Positions 37,201 to 50,895 of a stretch of 64,000 nt of DNA are shown here, piece after piece. The notes under the pieces were generated by a model. That model was not told where the DNA came from. It saw only the letters and a program-made list of their open reading frames with translations, and made no database searches. Source of the DNA: Kudoa neothunni (taxonomy: Eukaryota > Animalia > Cnidaria); NCBI GenBank assembly GCA_964304625.1, contig OZ199839.1, positions 1,030,180-1,094,179 on the forward strand. The letters are read 5' to 3'. Position numbers and translations under genes: made by a program. Numbering within the stretch: the first letter of the stretch is position 1; the number at the start of each line of letters is the position of its first letter.

Positions 37201-37390
37201 TCCTAATTGATTATTTAAAACAATGATTTCTATGCTCAGGTATTAATAGGTAACTAATTAGGTGACCATGAAAAATTCTAAAGTATTAGTAATTCCCAAT
37301 CTTCAAACCTTTCCGAACATTGTATAATTACAGAAAAATTAAATTTTATTATTTTAGAAAAATAATGGAATCTGGCGTTTCTTGCATTAA

Positions 37391-39502
37391 CCCTTAATCG
37401 ATACCCTGCGTGATTTCCTCGATTCGATAACTTGGGCTAGACGAGCCCGCCCATTCAAAGAGATGGTATTATTTAAATCAGTAATGATATTATTTTAAAT
37501 GTTCTATCTTAATTTGTAGAAATATGAGGGATAAATAAAAATAAGACAGTTTAACAAATAAAACTAAAATTTTCCACACTCGCTACATGTTATAATTTTT
37601 TTTTGAATACTCATTACATACATAGCGCGTGCATTTTACGAAAATTTGTTTGCTCCTCCTGCGAATTGATTTAGGACAAAAAATGCAACGCTTTCTTTGT
37701 TTAATGACGCCTTTTTGAGACATAGAGGACCGATTACTTGAAAAATTAAAGCCGACGATCTCCAGTGAGCGCTTTACTGCAGGTTGACAACTAACCTTAA
37801 AACTTTCATCTCTTCTTTCTTGATGGAGTTTAATCATCGAGACGGCCAACTATAATAAAAACTGATGCCTATCATCACACTTTTTATGAGCAGAATTATT
37901 TTTTGACTATACACTACATAGGAGTAAAAGGCTGCCAAATCAACAACCTGACGAAAAACTGCTACAGACCAACGATTTGATTTTCGTTTACCACTGTAGA
38001 TAGACACACATTGATCACAGTATCAGTACCGCATTTCTTGACATTATAGTCTCGAATTGCATTTGGCTTTGAATGGAATTCTGAGCTTATTTCTTTAGAT
38101 CGATGTTCGGATCATAAGATAATTACGGCGCAATTTTTCTTCGGAACATACGATATAATAGTAAATTGCTTGTAAAATCCAAACAACGACGAAAATAATG
38201 GTCTTGATTTGTTTGTCATGAATTCTGATGGAATAAATGTTCTACACTTTCGAACCGTTCCAAGAATTGACGTCTTACGTTGCTGTAGGTGCTCAGTGAG
38301 TTTCCATGTTATGAAGTAATTATCATAGGTGGTTCTCCTATCCGAGTTAAGTGGGTAGTTTACTAGGTCGGTGACAACTTTAAAACTCGGGGATTTTTCC
38401 CGTTTTTGATTTTGTTGATCTATGCATGGAACGATGTTGGAAACATAACGTATTTCGCTGTCACATTCCATCCAAAATTTAATTCCATACTTAGACGGTT
38501 TTTTGGTATATACATCAAAAATTTCAACCGTCCTCCGAATGAATACAGCTGTTCGTCAATCGTGATATTGGATCTAGGGGTATAACTTTCTTTACAGATT
38601 TTGACAAAAGATTTGAATATATTTCTTATCGGTGAAAAAGCGTCGTCGGATTTGACATTTTTTCTTAACCAATATTGATCGAATCTAAGGTAGAGCCAAA
38701 TCTTTTTGAATCTCTCACAAGACATTGTTGAACGAAACAAAGGTTTACCGTGAATTTCGTGCCATAAAATCTTGTTGTCCTTAATATTCGATTTATAGGC
38801 CCAGAGAGTAAAAGTTGTTCCAAAAAAGCTTTAAATTCAGTTAAATCAACGGGTTTCCACTTTTCACCTAGATTCTCGAATCCTTTTTTTTATTGTGTAT
38901 TCAATAATTTCTTCCAGCATCTCGTTTTTCATGGAGTGATAAAACATCGTCTCTGGAGCTGTAGCATCAATATCATCAATAGGCGTTATAACAACTTTAT
39001 TGTTATCGATAATATTGTTTGCAGGTGTTCTTCCTGGTTTGAATTTGGATCCCAAACAATCGATTTATCTTTTGAAATAAAAACATTTTTTCGTGGGTCG
39101 AATTGTCACTAATCTGTATCGATTCATCGTTGTTTTTGTTTCAAATTGTTTTTCCTTTAAAATGATTTCCAGATTTAACTTCAAAAATATTTAATATTAT
39201 TTACGATGAATGATACAACTTATACCCGAATCAGCTTCTCCATATGATTTATTATTACATAAATATACCGCTGATTCTGTCTAACTAACACTTTCTGCAT
39301 CTTAAGATGAGTATTCATATGAAACATCAGATTCCGCCATTATATTGTACCACAAGTTTAGGATTGCCATAAACGTACTTAACTTTGTTAACGTGAAGGC
39401 TAATTTGGACTAAAAACAGCCATAATTTAGGGTATTTTTGAGCACTTTACTGCGAAGATAGGCTCGTGGAATCGAATCCATGGTTATCGTATCGATTAAG
39501 GG
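37391..39502 (-). mobile_element. piggyBac element with frameshifted PGBD4-like transposase
   Basis: Perfect 14-bp TIR CCCTTAATCGATAC with TTAA on both sides. Peptides FRSTMSCERF…LRFD, TIDEQL, DNYF, GTVRK and the C-terminal RKRCIFC. Confidence 0.92.
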
Positions 39503-41783
39503 TTAATATACTTTTAAATATAACAAACTTAATTTTTTCCAATGGATTGGATGTATGTTTTGACTCAAAATAACATTTTTGATTCCTTAATCATTTCTCA
39601 TCATATATATAAAAATATTTAAAAAATAAAATAAAAAATATTTCTCGATTTCTGCGAAATTTCCTTATATCAAATTATTAGGAATAATGTTGCGATCTTA
39701 TATTAAAAACATTAAATAGAGTACGTTAATAAAACATGCAATCAATACACCCAATTAATTAAAGTATCCGACTTGCATTAAATGGAGATTAAATAATCCA
39801 ATTATTTTGATGATTTATCAAAAAATAGTTTTCGTCCATTAATCATGAATGTATGCCGAAAGCCATCATAATACAGTTTAATTTTGTTAGAATTTTTGCT
39901 CGCAAATTCGTAAAATCACAGAATTTATTTTGAAAAATTATCCATAGCTTCGATAAATATAATCAACACTGTTTTAACCCTTGTGTAAATTATTGAATAG
40001 AACTCATTGAGAATAGACTCTGAAGAACAATTGTTGAATCATTGATTTTCATATTAAATAATCCAATTAGAAATAAATATCTTAAAGATTTATAAATCTA
40101 GACAAATATATATATATATATATATATAAGACGAAAGAATTAAATAATAATGTACATTTTCGTCAATCTATATTTTAATGTCAATTATCGCACATAAATG
40201 AAATTAATAAGATCTTTGTATTACAATATAATTAATCTACTTTATAATTTTTCTCCATATAATAACAATAATAATGATTTCGCCTACGGCATCCTTAACT
40301 CGATGTACAGAAAATAATTCATTAGGATTTTCAGTGATAAAGTTTTTTGCGGATTTATAAGATTTTATACTTGAAACGTTGTAACGATTTCATCGTTGTG
40401 TTTTGGACAAATATATTCACTTCGAAAAGTAAATTATCATGATCATCATCTTTGTTTAAATGTAAAATTTCATTTTTTCACCAACAAAATAATATCATTA
40501 ACATTTTATCTACAGATATGAATATTAGAATTTTTTATTGATTATTTTAAAGTTTTATCTTTGTAATTTTTAATAAAAATGAAGATAAAATCAATTACTA
40601 ATTTTTAAATCGTAACCGTTCCCCGATCCAATTTTCACGTATTTAAGTAATCGAACGCGGCACATTTAAATATTCCTAGATCTTCCCCTTCGAATAGCAC
40701 ATATTCGCATAATATTCTTCACTAATCGACTTTTTAGTGGGGAATTATTCCCAGATCAATTGGTCGCATTACACAAGCAGTGTTTTTGACAGAAATAGGG
40801 ACTAGATGTTTTCGAAATAATCGATCGATTAAGGGCGATATGAGCAATGTTCTAATAAAATTAAAACCCTTCTGTTTTCTTTTATGAATATCTGGTAAAA
40901 TATAGATGAAGATAATCATGCATTCATTTGCGAATGACATTAAACTGAAAGCTCTTTAATTCCTTAAAACAGCAATTTTTCCTAAAATTCTCTTATTACG
41001 TGTAATTGCAATTTTCACGCGGTAATTGAAGCAATGACGAAAACCGCAGTATACTTTTGAATTGCTTTACACTTTTACATTGCGCTGATTTTTTATAGTA
41101 GACGTACCCCTTATCAGCTGTTCATAATAATGAGTAATCTCACCTAAATTTAATATGTACTCTGGATTGAATCTTGACAATATCTCTGAAGAATTTCCCA
41201 CCCATTGATAAATATATTTAAAATCTTTTATTCAATTACTTATGACAATAATACGAGATTTTTCGATTATTAAAAAAATTAGATAATATTTGTTTTCGCA
41301 TTGAAACTACCCAATTGTAAAAATTATTTTAATATCCTTATATTTTCTGGCTTTAAATATTTTTCAAGATTTTGAAATGCTTGAATCTATGGTTCCAACT
41401 TGATTAGAAAATCTTCTATAAAGTTTTAACTAACCTATTTTAAATAATCGAACAATATCGTTAGCACCACGTATAGACTTAAAAAATTATAGTAATCAAA
41501 TATTTTTATTACATTCTCTTTAGTTATTTGAAAACTTTCCATGTTTTTTATAGTGCATTCATCAGATTAAAGAGATTAACGTGAAAAAATGAGTGACGCA
41601 ATAAATAGCGAGACACAAGGTTTTTCTTAATTTGTTTGATATCCGCTCGTTAAAAATTTTTGTTTGTTTGTATAATTATCCATATAAGCATACTTAATAT
41701 GACTATTATGTTTTACTTAGTGAATTAAAGCACATAATGCTAATAAAGCTAAATTACGCAGTATCGAGACACACTGTACTTAA

Positions 41784-43878
41784 CCCTTTCATGCCTGAAT
41801 TTTTATTTATCCAAAAAAAATTTTTGTTGAGCTAATATCTTTAAGTTATAATTTTTTTTCAGTAGACTGAACAATGGAACTTGGTGGCAAGGAAAATGTG
41901 CAAGAAAGGAATCGAATTTATTATAACAATAACAGATGGGGTAATCAATAAAACAATAATTTAAAGTATTATGATACTCATAAAAACAATTTCTACATCT
42001 ACCTGGCGTAGATACCACTTCTGGGAAATGGTCTACATTATCATATCTAATATTATCGGATAAAAGAGTGTTTCTTTTGCGTTTTGTTATAGTAGACCCC
42101 ATTATGTTTTGTGAATTAGAATTATTAACCGGACGACCACGTTTTCGAGTTTTTATTAACGTTTGATTTTTATACAAAAATGATTTACAGATTGAATATG
42201 TGGACGATAGCAAATCGAAAACTTTACTTTTGTTAACATCTTCATGGCATTTTGTCTACGATGCAATAGCCACGAATTAGTGATCGCGGTGTTGATACCC
42301 CCTAAAAATATCCTCCTGTAAAATTTTTTACATTCGTGATTTAACCTATACGATGACTTTAACACGTTTTTTGCCGTTTATCATATCTATTCACCGTTGT
42401 TAGAGGTTCACTACAAGAATAAGTGGATGAAAAAGTCACGACGGAGCTATCATACCATCGACTTAATATCAGTGCATCATTAGATCTTTTTTACTGAATA
42501 AGAGACACCCTTAAGTTCTATTATTTCGAATAGTCCTCACATAATATTTCCCCCTTTTTTTCAATGAAGTTGCATTTGGAATGATGTGAACCACTTGTCA
42601 AAATTCAACAGATACATGCTATTCTTTAAAAGTTGTTCACACAATTTTATTACAAAATCCCCGGAAACCAAACCACAGCTTTCTTATACAAAGGGCGATT
42701 TTTCATCATACAAATGAAAATCTTGCATTATCCCATCTTATTCCACATCGAGCAAAACCTTTGATTCCCCATTTGGTGTGTTAATTTGATATACACTGCT
42801 TTTCCCTGCACTTACCCTTAAAGGGAATCATTTGTTGGTCGAGCGAATTTATGCTCTTTGGAGTGATTTTTAATAATACCTGCCTCAAATGCTCCAAAAA
42901 GGTCTAATTTTGACAAACCAGTCCAAAGTTTGGGACGACCGATCGTTGGTTGCATTATGAGTATTATCAAAATGTAAAAATTGTGGCAGCTACTCAAGTT
43001 TATCTCTAGAAAGTGCATCCGAAATAAGGGAATAATTGAAACGTTTGGACCAATAGCATCGTTAAAATTATGATTCCTAAATAAGTTTTAATTTCTAAAC
43101 TGTTTGTCTTAGAATTCGGATTATTTTGTGTGACGTATCGATTTGATTCGGTTACAATTAATTGAAACAATGGAGGGGGTGAATTAAATGATCTAACTTT
43201 TTGAATTCATCGTTTATACTGCATAATTTCTCTGGTAAATTTTTACTGACATCAGTTGCTTCCATTGAAGGCCAGTGTCAATTTCAGTATCAGAATAATC
43301 AAATGATGAATATTCTTTGGAATCTGAAAATTCATTAATTATTGATGATGTAAATGTTGTATCGTTTTCTGAATATGTATCTGGTTCGAATATATCGACT
43401 TCAGGTAGAACTACAATTTCCAAAGTTCTTTTTACAGTTTTATCCTCACCGTTACAAATGTCGTAATCCATTGTGATTGGCCAAAAATAGGTCCACGAGT
43501 TCCTGTTGTTCAGTTTACTGACAAGAATTAAAATCGTATTATTTCAGATAATAATAAGTTTCTTAAAATTTAAACAGACGAATATAGTTAAAGCCAACAT
43601 ATTGTAATTGTAAAAATTGTGGTTCCAAAAAATAATACAATTCAGTTTACAAATTAATACATTACTTTAAGGACGAACGTGGTATGGAGAATTGAACATT
43701 GTTAATGCAATTTGCTACACATAAAGTTTCTTAAAAAATATAATATTAACGATTTTTAAACATCTGTTTGAGTTGAAATTATATGTCCGTGTCGAATACG
43801 AAGCAATAGTTAAATGTTTATTTTAGACGACGACGAAAAAGTTAATCTTCAGTATACCGCACAATAGGCATGAAAGGG
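41784..43878 (-). mobile_element. piggyBac element with decayed PGBD3-like transposase
   Basis: Perfect 13-bp TIR CCCTTTCATGCCT with TTAA on both sides. Remnants KFYRRIF…AITNSWLLHRR and IRYDNVDHFP…GRCRNC. Confidence 0.9.
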
Positions 43879-44003
43879 TTAAAGGATTGTTGTTAACCCG
43901 AGTTTATATCAACGATAAAAAGAAATGCTGAATGTTACACAGAATGGGAAACGGCAACGCCTAATATAATAGAAAAACACATAAAAAACAAATAAGTAAA
44001 ATT

Positions 44004-47000
44004 TTATCGAAATAAACTGTTGTATTCTTTACAAATAGTACTAAATAAGGTATAGAAATGTTTGTCCATTTTAGCAGAATCGTTGTTGGATGAGAGAGTA
44101 TTGGATACATTGGAGATGAGATGGCCGATTCGTTGAACCATCAATCCAAGGAAGCTGAACGAAGGAGATCCTCTTAGAACAGTCACGAAAAATCGCAGCA
44201 GTTTAATTGATTTAATAGTGATGCTGACATATTTTGCGTTGTTATCTGTGTCGTTAGTATTGTTTTGTGGTGTTATAGGTTTTTGAATAGAGCAAACACT
44301 CAAATAGAGCATATTTATTTGTAACACATCGTAGATAATTTCCGAGATATAAGTGTAGATTTCCACTTGATCACGCACACCAAGGTTAGTTTGCATACTT
44401 TTGATGACACTTATCGCCGACGACTTGTTCACTTGATTGTTGTTATTGTACACAAGATGATACAGGAAAACCACTATCCATTCGTAGTAGAAAAATTTAA
44501 TGGGATAGTTGTTACTGAAAGTTGGCAGTTTGTGGTAGAGTAACCGATTGATAATGTGGAAGGATGGGGAGCCTTGATGGCTGTCCACAGTTATACAGCA
44601 GTTATTAGGGTTGTCTTGAAAGGAGCCATGGTAAAGATCAATGAGGTCTGTATTGTGAAAGAGCAACTTGGGCACAATACTTAAACAAAGAATGTCCATG
44701 ACAAAACAACTGTTCAATTGTTTAGTAGAGTTGTTCTCGTTGACAACTGTGGATAGGCCTTGTTCGAATTTCACTGTCAAATTGGAGTGAGGGAAATTAT
44801 TACAGTAGAACAGATGGAAGATGTCATGGAAGAGTGACGGAAACATGGTATCACAGAGTGTATTTGGCGTTGTGAATTGTATGTCAACCAGCGTGTTCAA
44901 TGTGATAAGTAGCATAACATAAAAATTGACAAGCATTTCGCTATCGAAAACAAGTTTGAAAACAGGTGAGTTCGGTTCGGTTCCAGTGACTACATCAGAA
45001 AACTGAGTCAAAAAATCGTTCCTCAAATAAGTGCTTATTCCATGCGATCTGTGCATCAAGCTGAGCAAATCCACAACCAGAATTAACATTCGTTGTTTCG
45101 AGCTCAACCTGAGTGAAGTAACAACTTGTGGATTGATTGTGAACAAATACAAAATTTTAATCGCCATAGCAATCATTCGTGCTATTATTTCAAAGTGTTT
45201 TGAGCAGTTAGGATTGGTGTTACGTTTAAAATTGAGAACATTTAAGCTCGAGGTTGTTGGTGCTCCAGCATGATCACCGTTATTTGAATTGAATGCGGTG
45301 AATATTGAAAACTCTCTGCAACAACACACACCTACAAGTGTTTTATCAAGAACTGCTTCGAACGAATTCTTCACGCTTGAATCCGGTTCGTTCAAACACT
45401 CTTTGACGAAACAATTCAACAAACGATCTGTAACGTCCGGATTTGAAAAGTTAAAATTGTCGATGGCACTAAATTTGTGCAAGGCGCCAGATCTCATATC
45501 TCCACTAATATTTTCATCATTAGAATTTGTAAATGAATTGGCACTGATGCCTCCTCGATAATAATGTAGAATTTTTATGATTATCTCAAAGCAATTGTAC
45601 AGTCGTTCAATCAGTACATCCATAATTAATGGATTTTGATTGACAACGTCGGCGACATTTGACGACATATTGTTGCTCTGTTCTAGTTCTAGCAAAGAGT
45701 CAATAGCCCGCCGAATCAAATTTTCATTGTTTCCAAGCAAATCATTTAGTAAAGAGTTTGAATAATCGGCAGTTAAATCAAACTGTGTTTTTATGTTAGT
45801 ATAATTTCCATCATTATTCTGTAAAATTGATTGATCGCTGGTAAAAATATCAAACAACACTTGAAAGGATTGATTTGGTGGAGGTATAGGTTGATTTCTG
45901 TCTTCACTAACAGCATCTGCCGCAGCTGTAGCATTAGTTGTGGACGAATCAAAATTGTTAACATTATCACAAATGATATTGTTGCCGGTGGACGGAAGAG
46001 AAGACAACAACGAGCTATTCTCAAGTAAATCCGATGGATCGATATCATTTGGAGCACGTAAAATTTGCAGCATGATATCATGGCATTGCAGGTTCATATC
46101 GTTGTACCAAGTGAGCAGATTGGCTAGCTCACCAAATGCCACCAAAGAATCTGTTGTTTTGATCTGAGTTATCAATGTTTGGATGCGATCCATCATTTTT
46201 AAATACAGGTTGATTTTTTCTTTAATATTTAACATGGTGTAGATTTCATTCTTGTGGATACACAACACCATCTGCATGTACAATATTTGAAGACAGGTGT
46301 CATGTTGAAGAGATCGAAACACTGTGTGTTGTTTTAATAGATTGGAAAAATCGGTAAAAGAGCTGAACGCTTCTTTATTGAAGTAGAATGGAGTTTGGAC
46401 CTGTGATTTCGTAACTGATGCAGAGTTGCTAGAATCAGAAGGTTGATTAGTGGAGAAATTGTTCACATCTTCTGAACCAATAACTCTGTTGGTTGATTGA
46501 TGTAAACAATTATCGTTGTTTATATTGGATTGATTATTATTATTGTTGTTGTTGTTATTATTATTAAGCTCAGTGTTGACAAGTGGTGGTGGATTTGTAT
46601 TGTTGGTTGAAGATGCTGCTGCTGACATGGTGGAAACCAACTCACTCCATTGTGTCCATCTCATGCTGTCGTATTGTTTGATGTGTTCGCGAACCAAGGC
46701 AAGTTGGTGTTGCGACATGAAACGTGGCAAAAATGAAACCAAACGTAAATCAGCCATCAAAGTTATCGTCATAGCGTGATCTGATTTGAGAGCCAACTCA
46801 AAATTATAAAGATAAGTGTGGTAGTAGAAAAGTAGATTCTCGGGGGTGAAATTCGACCGATGAACCATATTATAACAGATGGTCACTTGTTGAACTAGGT
46901 CGGAGTTGAATTTGGCTTTAAGAAAGTCAACCACTATTTGGTTCATCAACACAAACAACAAATAGTTGTCCACATTGTATTCTTTGTGTTGGAAAGTGGT

Positions 47001-47607
47001 TGCGGACATGAACGCATCGAAACATTCGTTAAATTTCTCGCGATAATAGAACACATTAATCTCAATCTATTTAGCATAAATTTTTACCAACGTTGATTCA
47101 ATATGAATTGAGTAATACCAAATAGTAGATAAATTCGTTCAGAATTTCGATCATTATAGGGGGAATACATAACAATCTTGTACAGGCTATAAACAATAAA
47201 TTTCTAAATCACAGAAAACTGGACAATCTTACGCCATTTCATTCTCAAATTGGCACCCACATTCGACAAAAGAATCATTCTATCGGATTGTGGTAGAAAA
47301 TCTAGATAAAGAATTTAGAAAAGTTATTAGTCCAACAGCAGCTATAATTCACTTACTGTTTGGAAGAACTATAAAATTGCCCGAAACGTTATTGACATTA
47401 TTGACGTTATTCGAATTATTGATATTATTGGCGTTATTCGCAGTATTGTTGGCCTCTAAAATTAAAAACATGTATTTAAACCAAACAACGCCATTATCAA
47501 ACAATTCTTAGGATAATTTAGGTTTTACGAGACTGATTAGTTGGTTTCAGGTTGTAGTTGTTGAATGTTGAATTGTTTTGTGTTGGAAATTCGTGATTTG
47601 AAGTCAT
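44004..47607 (-). CDS. Unidentified ~1125-aa Asn-rich protein, 5 exons (47607-47529, 47455-47357, 47301-47233, 47186-47119, 47066-44004)
   Basis: A 3.06-kb stop-free last exon. Four GT-AG introns (73, 55, 46, 52 bp) give phase-consistent splicing. No domain recognised, and further upstream exons are possible. Confidence 0.75.
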
Positions 47608-49614
47608 CCGGTAAAACAACCAATTAAATATTTTCGGATTTTCAATCTTTGGTCAGTATATTATATTCGGCTTGGTATAAAAATGGACAATCCAACTGCC
47701 AAAAACTCTCACTACAATCAATTTCTAACACAAATAACTAATTGTATTTATAACTGGCGAGCTCACATTAATTTCTACACAGTGGCACTGATCTTATTCG
47801 AGTATTCGACCGAATACCGCCAAGTATTATCTCCAGTTATGCGGACCACTTAGTCAACCAGCAACGGAGTAGCAGATTATTATTAGTTGTTGATCGCTGC
47901 GTGCGCACGATTATTCAACAAATCAACTTCTCCCTCATTTGTACTTTGTACACGTAACAAATTTTCAAATTCCACATTCAGATTATAATTTGAAGTTATT
48001 TTCATTATAAAAATTTTATGTGTGGATTAAATTTTAAGGGGAACGGATAATTGAAATTGTGGGAATTTTGGGGAGAGAAATTAATATCTACTCAATTAAT
48101 AGATTGATAATCTATTGGATTGATTATTTGTTGATAGTTGTAAGAGTATATGATTATATTTACCCTTATAAAAATAACGCGCCTGCGCACAAGCTTTACA
48201 AATTGTTTGTTTACTGTGTGGTTGGTGGTCGGGTTCTCACACAATCGGATAATCCACACTTTCAAAAATCGTGCCGTCCAATATAAACCTGCAAGATTAA
48301 TTTTAATTTTGTGAGATGTAAAATAAATTTATATTAGAAATTATTTTTTTGTTAATATAATTGAGTTGAATGTGTCTATTAAAAAACTTTATTCAGTACG
48401 TATATTTTTATTGTTTATAATGAATTCGTTTCATTTGAGTTGATTTTTTTAAAATAAAAAATTATTTTCAAAAAATTCATTGGTTGGAAAAAAAATTTGG
48501 GAATACTATTAGTTGAATACAGGTTTAATATTGACAGTTTAGAATAATCTATTTCATTAGCTAAAATTAAAATTATAACTAAACAAACTTTATCGTATAA
48601 TAAAACCTTGATAGAGTGTAATAAACCAGGGGTTAAGGTTGTTTGCGTTATAGTGACTGAGTGGGACTATTTTCATGGTAAATAATAATCTGATATCATT
48701 AGTTTTGACTACATTGAATTATTTTGGGCTCCTTCGAAAGAAACAGTTGGTTATAAATAACTACATTTGTAAATTGCTACCTAATAACGATAACGTGCGT
48801 TTGGAGATGAAATAAAATTTCTTAAGCTATCCATCTTGAAATTTTAAATATTATTTCATTTGTTTCGCACAATTTAACCATAAAATAATTCGTTCAGCGT
48901 TGTTGATTTTTAGTAATAAAGAATTTATTTGCGGACCTAATCTAGTTTTTAATCTAAGCTGTAGGTAGGGACAGTTTTATTTTGGACATTATTATCTGTC
49001 GTTTTACATTTAATTCTTTTCATTAAATTAATAGTGATGTAAAAATTACTTTTTGTAAATTAATTCTGATTTTTCTAATTTGAAACATTTCTAATTATGC
49101 TATTTAATTATTATCTTCAATTAAATTAACTGTGAAATAATGAATTAACAATATATGTTAATTTAATCGACGTATAACTTTTTATAGAAATATTCTGTTT
49201 ACGTTTTATTTATGCATATTTATGATTTTTTGTTATTATTCGTAATGGGTGATATTTCAATAAATTCGCTGACAGTTTAATTGAATAGTGGAATATTTTA
49301 GAATTAAATGATCTTGATTTGCTTTATTGGAAGGAAGTTTTTGATTAGAAAATTCATTACTATCGACTATTCTAGTATTTTTTTTCTTGGAAGTCATGTG
49401 ATCTAATAAGACCGTGGCTATGTAATTCGGTAAAAAAATTCTAGAATAGAAATGTTTGAAATAAATATAAAGAAAATTAAATGGGTTATAATAAGATATA
49501 TGTAAATGGTTAGTATTTTTTCAACTAATATTAATAATATTAATAATATCAATAATATCAATAACATAGGTATATTGTTATTTCTTCCTCGTAGATTTAT
49601 TCTATTTATATATA

Positions 49615-50895
49615 CAGTCGATCCTGGATATTGCGTAACTTCACATGTTCTTTGAAATATAAAAGATATTTTAAATTTTTTACTAAAAACTTGCTTTTAT
49701 ATTATTTGGATTAATTTTAACTGAGCAAACGAAGATAAAAAGTTTTTACTAAAGAAATATAAATTAAAATTAATGTGCTAAAACTAAAATCTCGCTACTG
49801 CGTAACATTTTGTTCATTTTAATCCTCAATTAATCTTCTTTTTTAATTCTGCGAAACAAAAATGGTAAGGAATCAGCAAACAGTAACTTAATAAATTGAA
49901 ATAATCGAATATTATAATTCGATTAAATCACTCAAAGGAGGAAAAGGAATGACTTTTAAACTTCCCAAGCCATCTAATAATATAAAATTATCTAATCCAA
50001 TTATAATATATTTTCAAGGCATTATTCTATTAGTAGAATTTTAGCTTCTCTAAATGATATTATTAATTATATTATTTCGGCTTCAAAAAATAGAATGAAA
50101 GAAGACAAGTACATGAATAACTAAAATGAAAAAAAAGTTGTTCCTGCTTATCTAATTATTAAAAACTCAAAAGGTATCGCTAAATCCGTAGGTATTGACA
50201 AATAATTAGGTTATAACGGTTGGTTCGTAGAATTTAAAAATAGATTTGGAATTAATTTGAAAAAAATTTCATTACGATACGAAGAATGCAACGTAATAAA
50301 TATGGATAATTCAAATTTAATTAAGTATATCATTTAAATAAAGTTAAAACTTTAAATCATGCATGGGAAAACGTATCATCGACTATTATTCAAAACTGAT
50401 TTAGAAAATCTAGACTTTTCGAACATTGTACTTTGATACTACAATACACCAAATTAAAGATTAAATATTAGATAATAAACAATTATCTCAAGATCTTTCT
50501 GAAAATAATGTTGAAAATTTTATCACATTATTTAATTGTTTATCAACTTTAATTTTTAGATAAAAAATATGACAAAACCAACAATATCGAAGAAAAGGAA
50601 AAATACATGAAGAATCAATAGCTTTATCTGAAGCGTATGCAAATGATAAATTTCAAGACAATTTCGATCCAACTTTTTTAAAAGATGAAGCGTTTGTGTC
50701 AACTGCAGAACTCAAACAATCAATTAATTTAATCAGAAAACTCAACAGCATTATTTTCAAAACACATAGTTATGGAGTTCATATCTGAAATAATCCGAAA
50801 ATGATGCAAACAACTTGAAATTACCGGTTATTTTTAATTTTAAATCTCAATAGATTTTTGCTTTTTGTAGATAATATAATATCCAGGTTCAACTG
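49615..50895 (+). mobile_element. Tigger/pogo-like element remnant
   Basis: TA|CAGTCGATCCTGGATAT … ATATCCAGGTTCAACTG|TA ends. Remnant peptides GYNGWFVEFKNRFGI (CENP-B-type HTH) and AWENVSSTIIQN. Confidence 0.8.
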
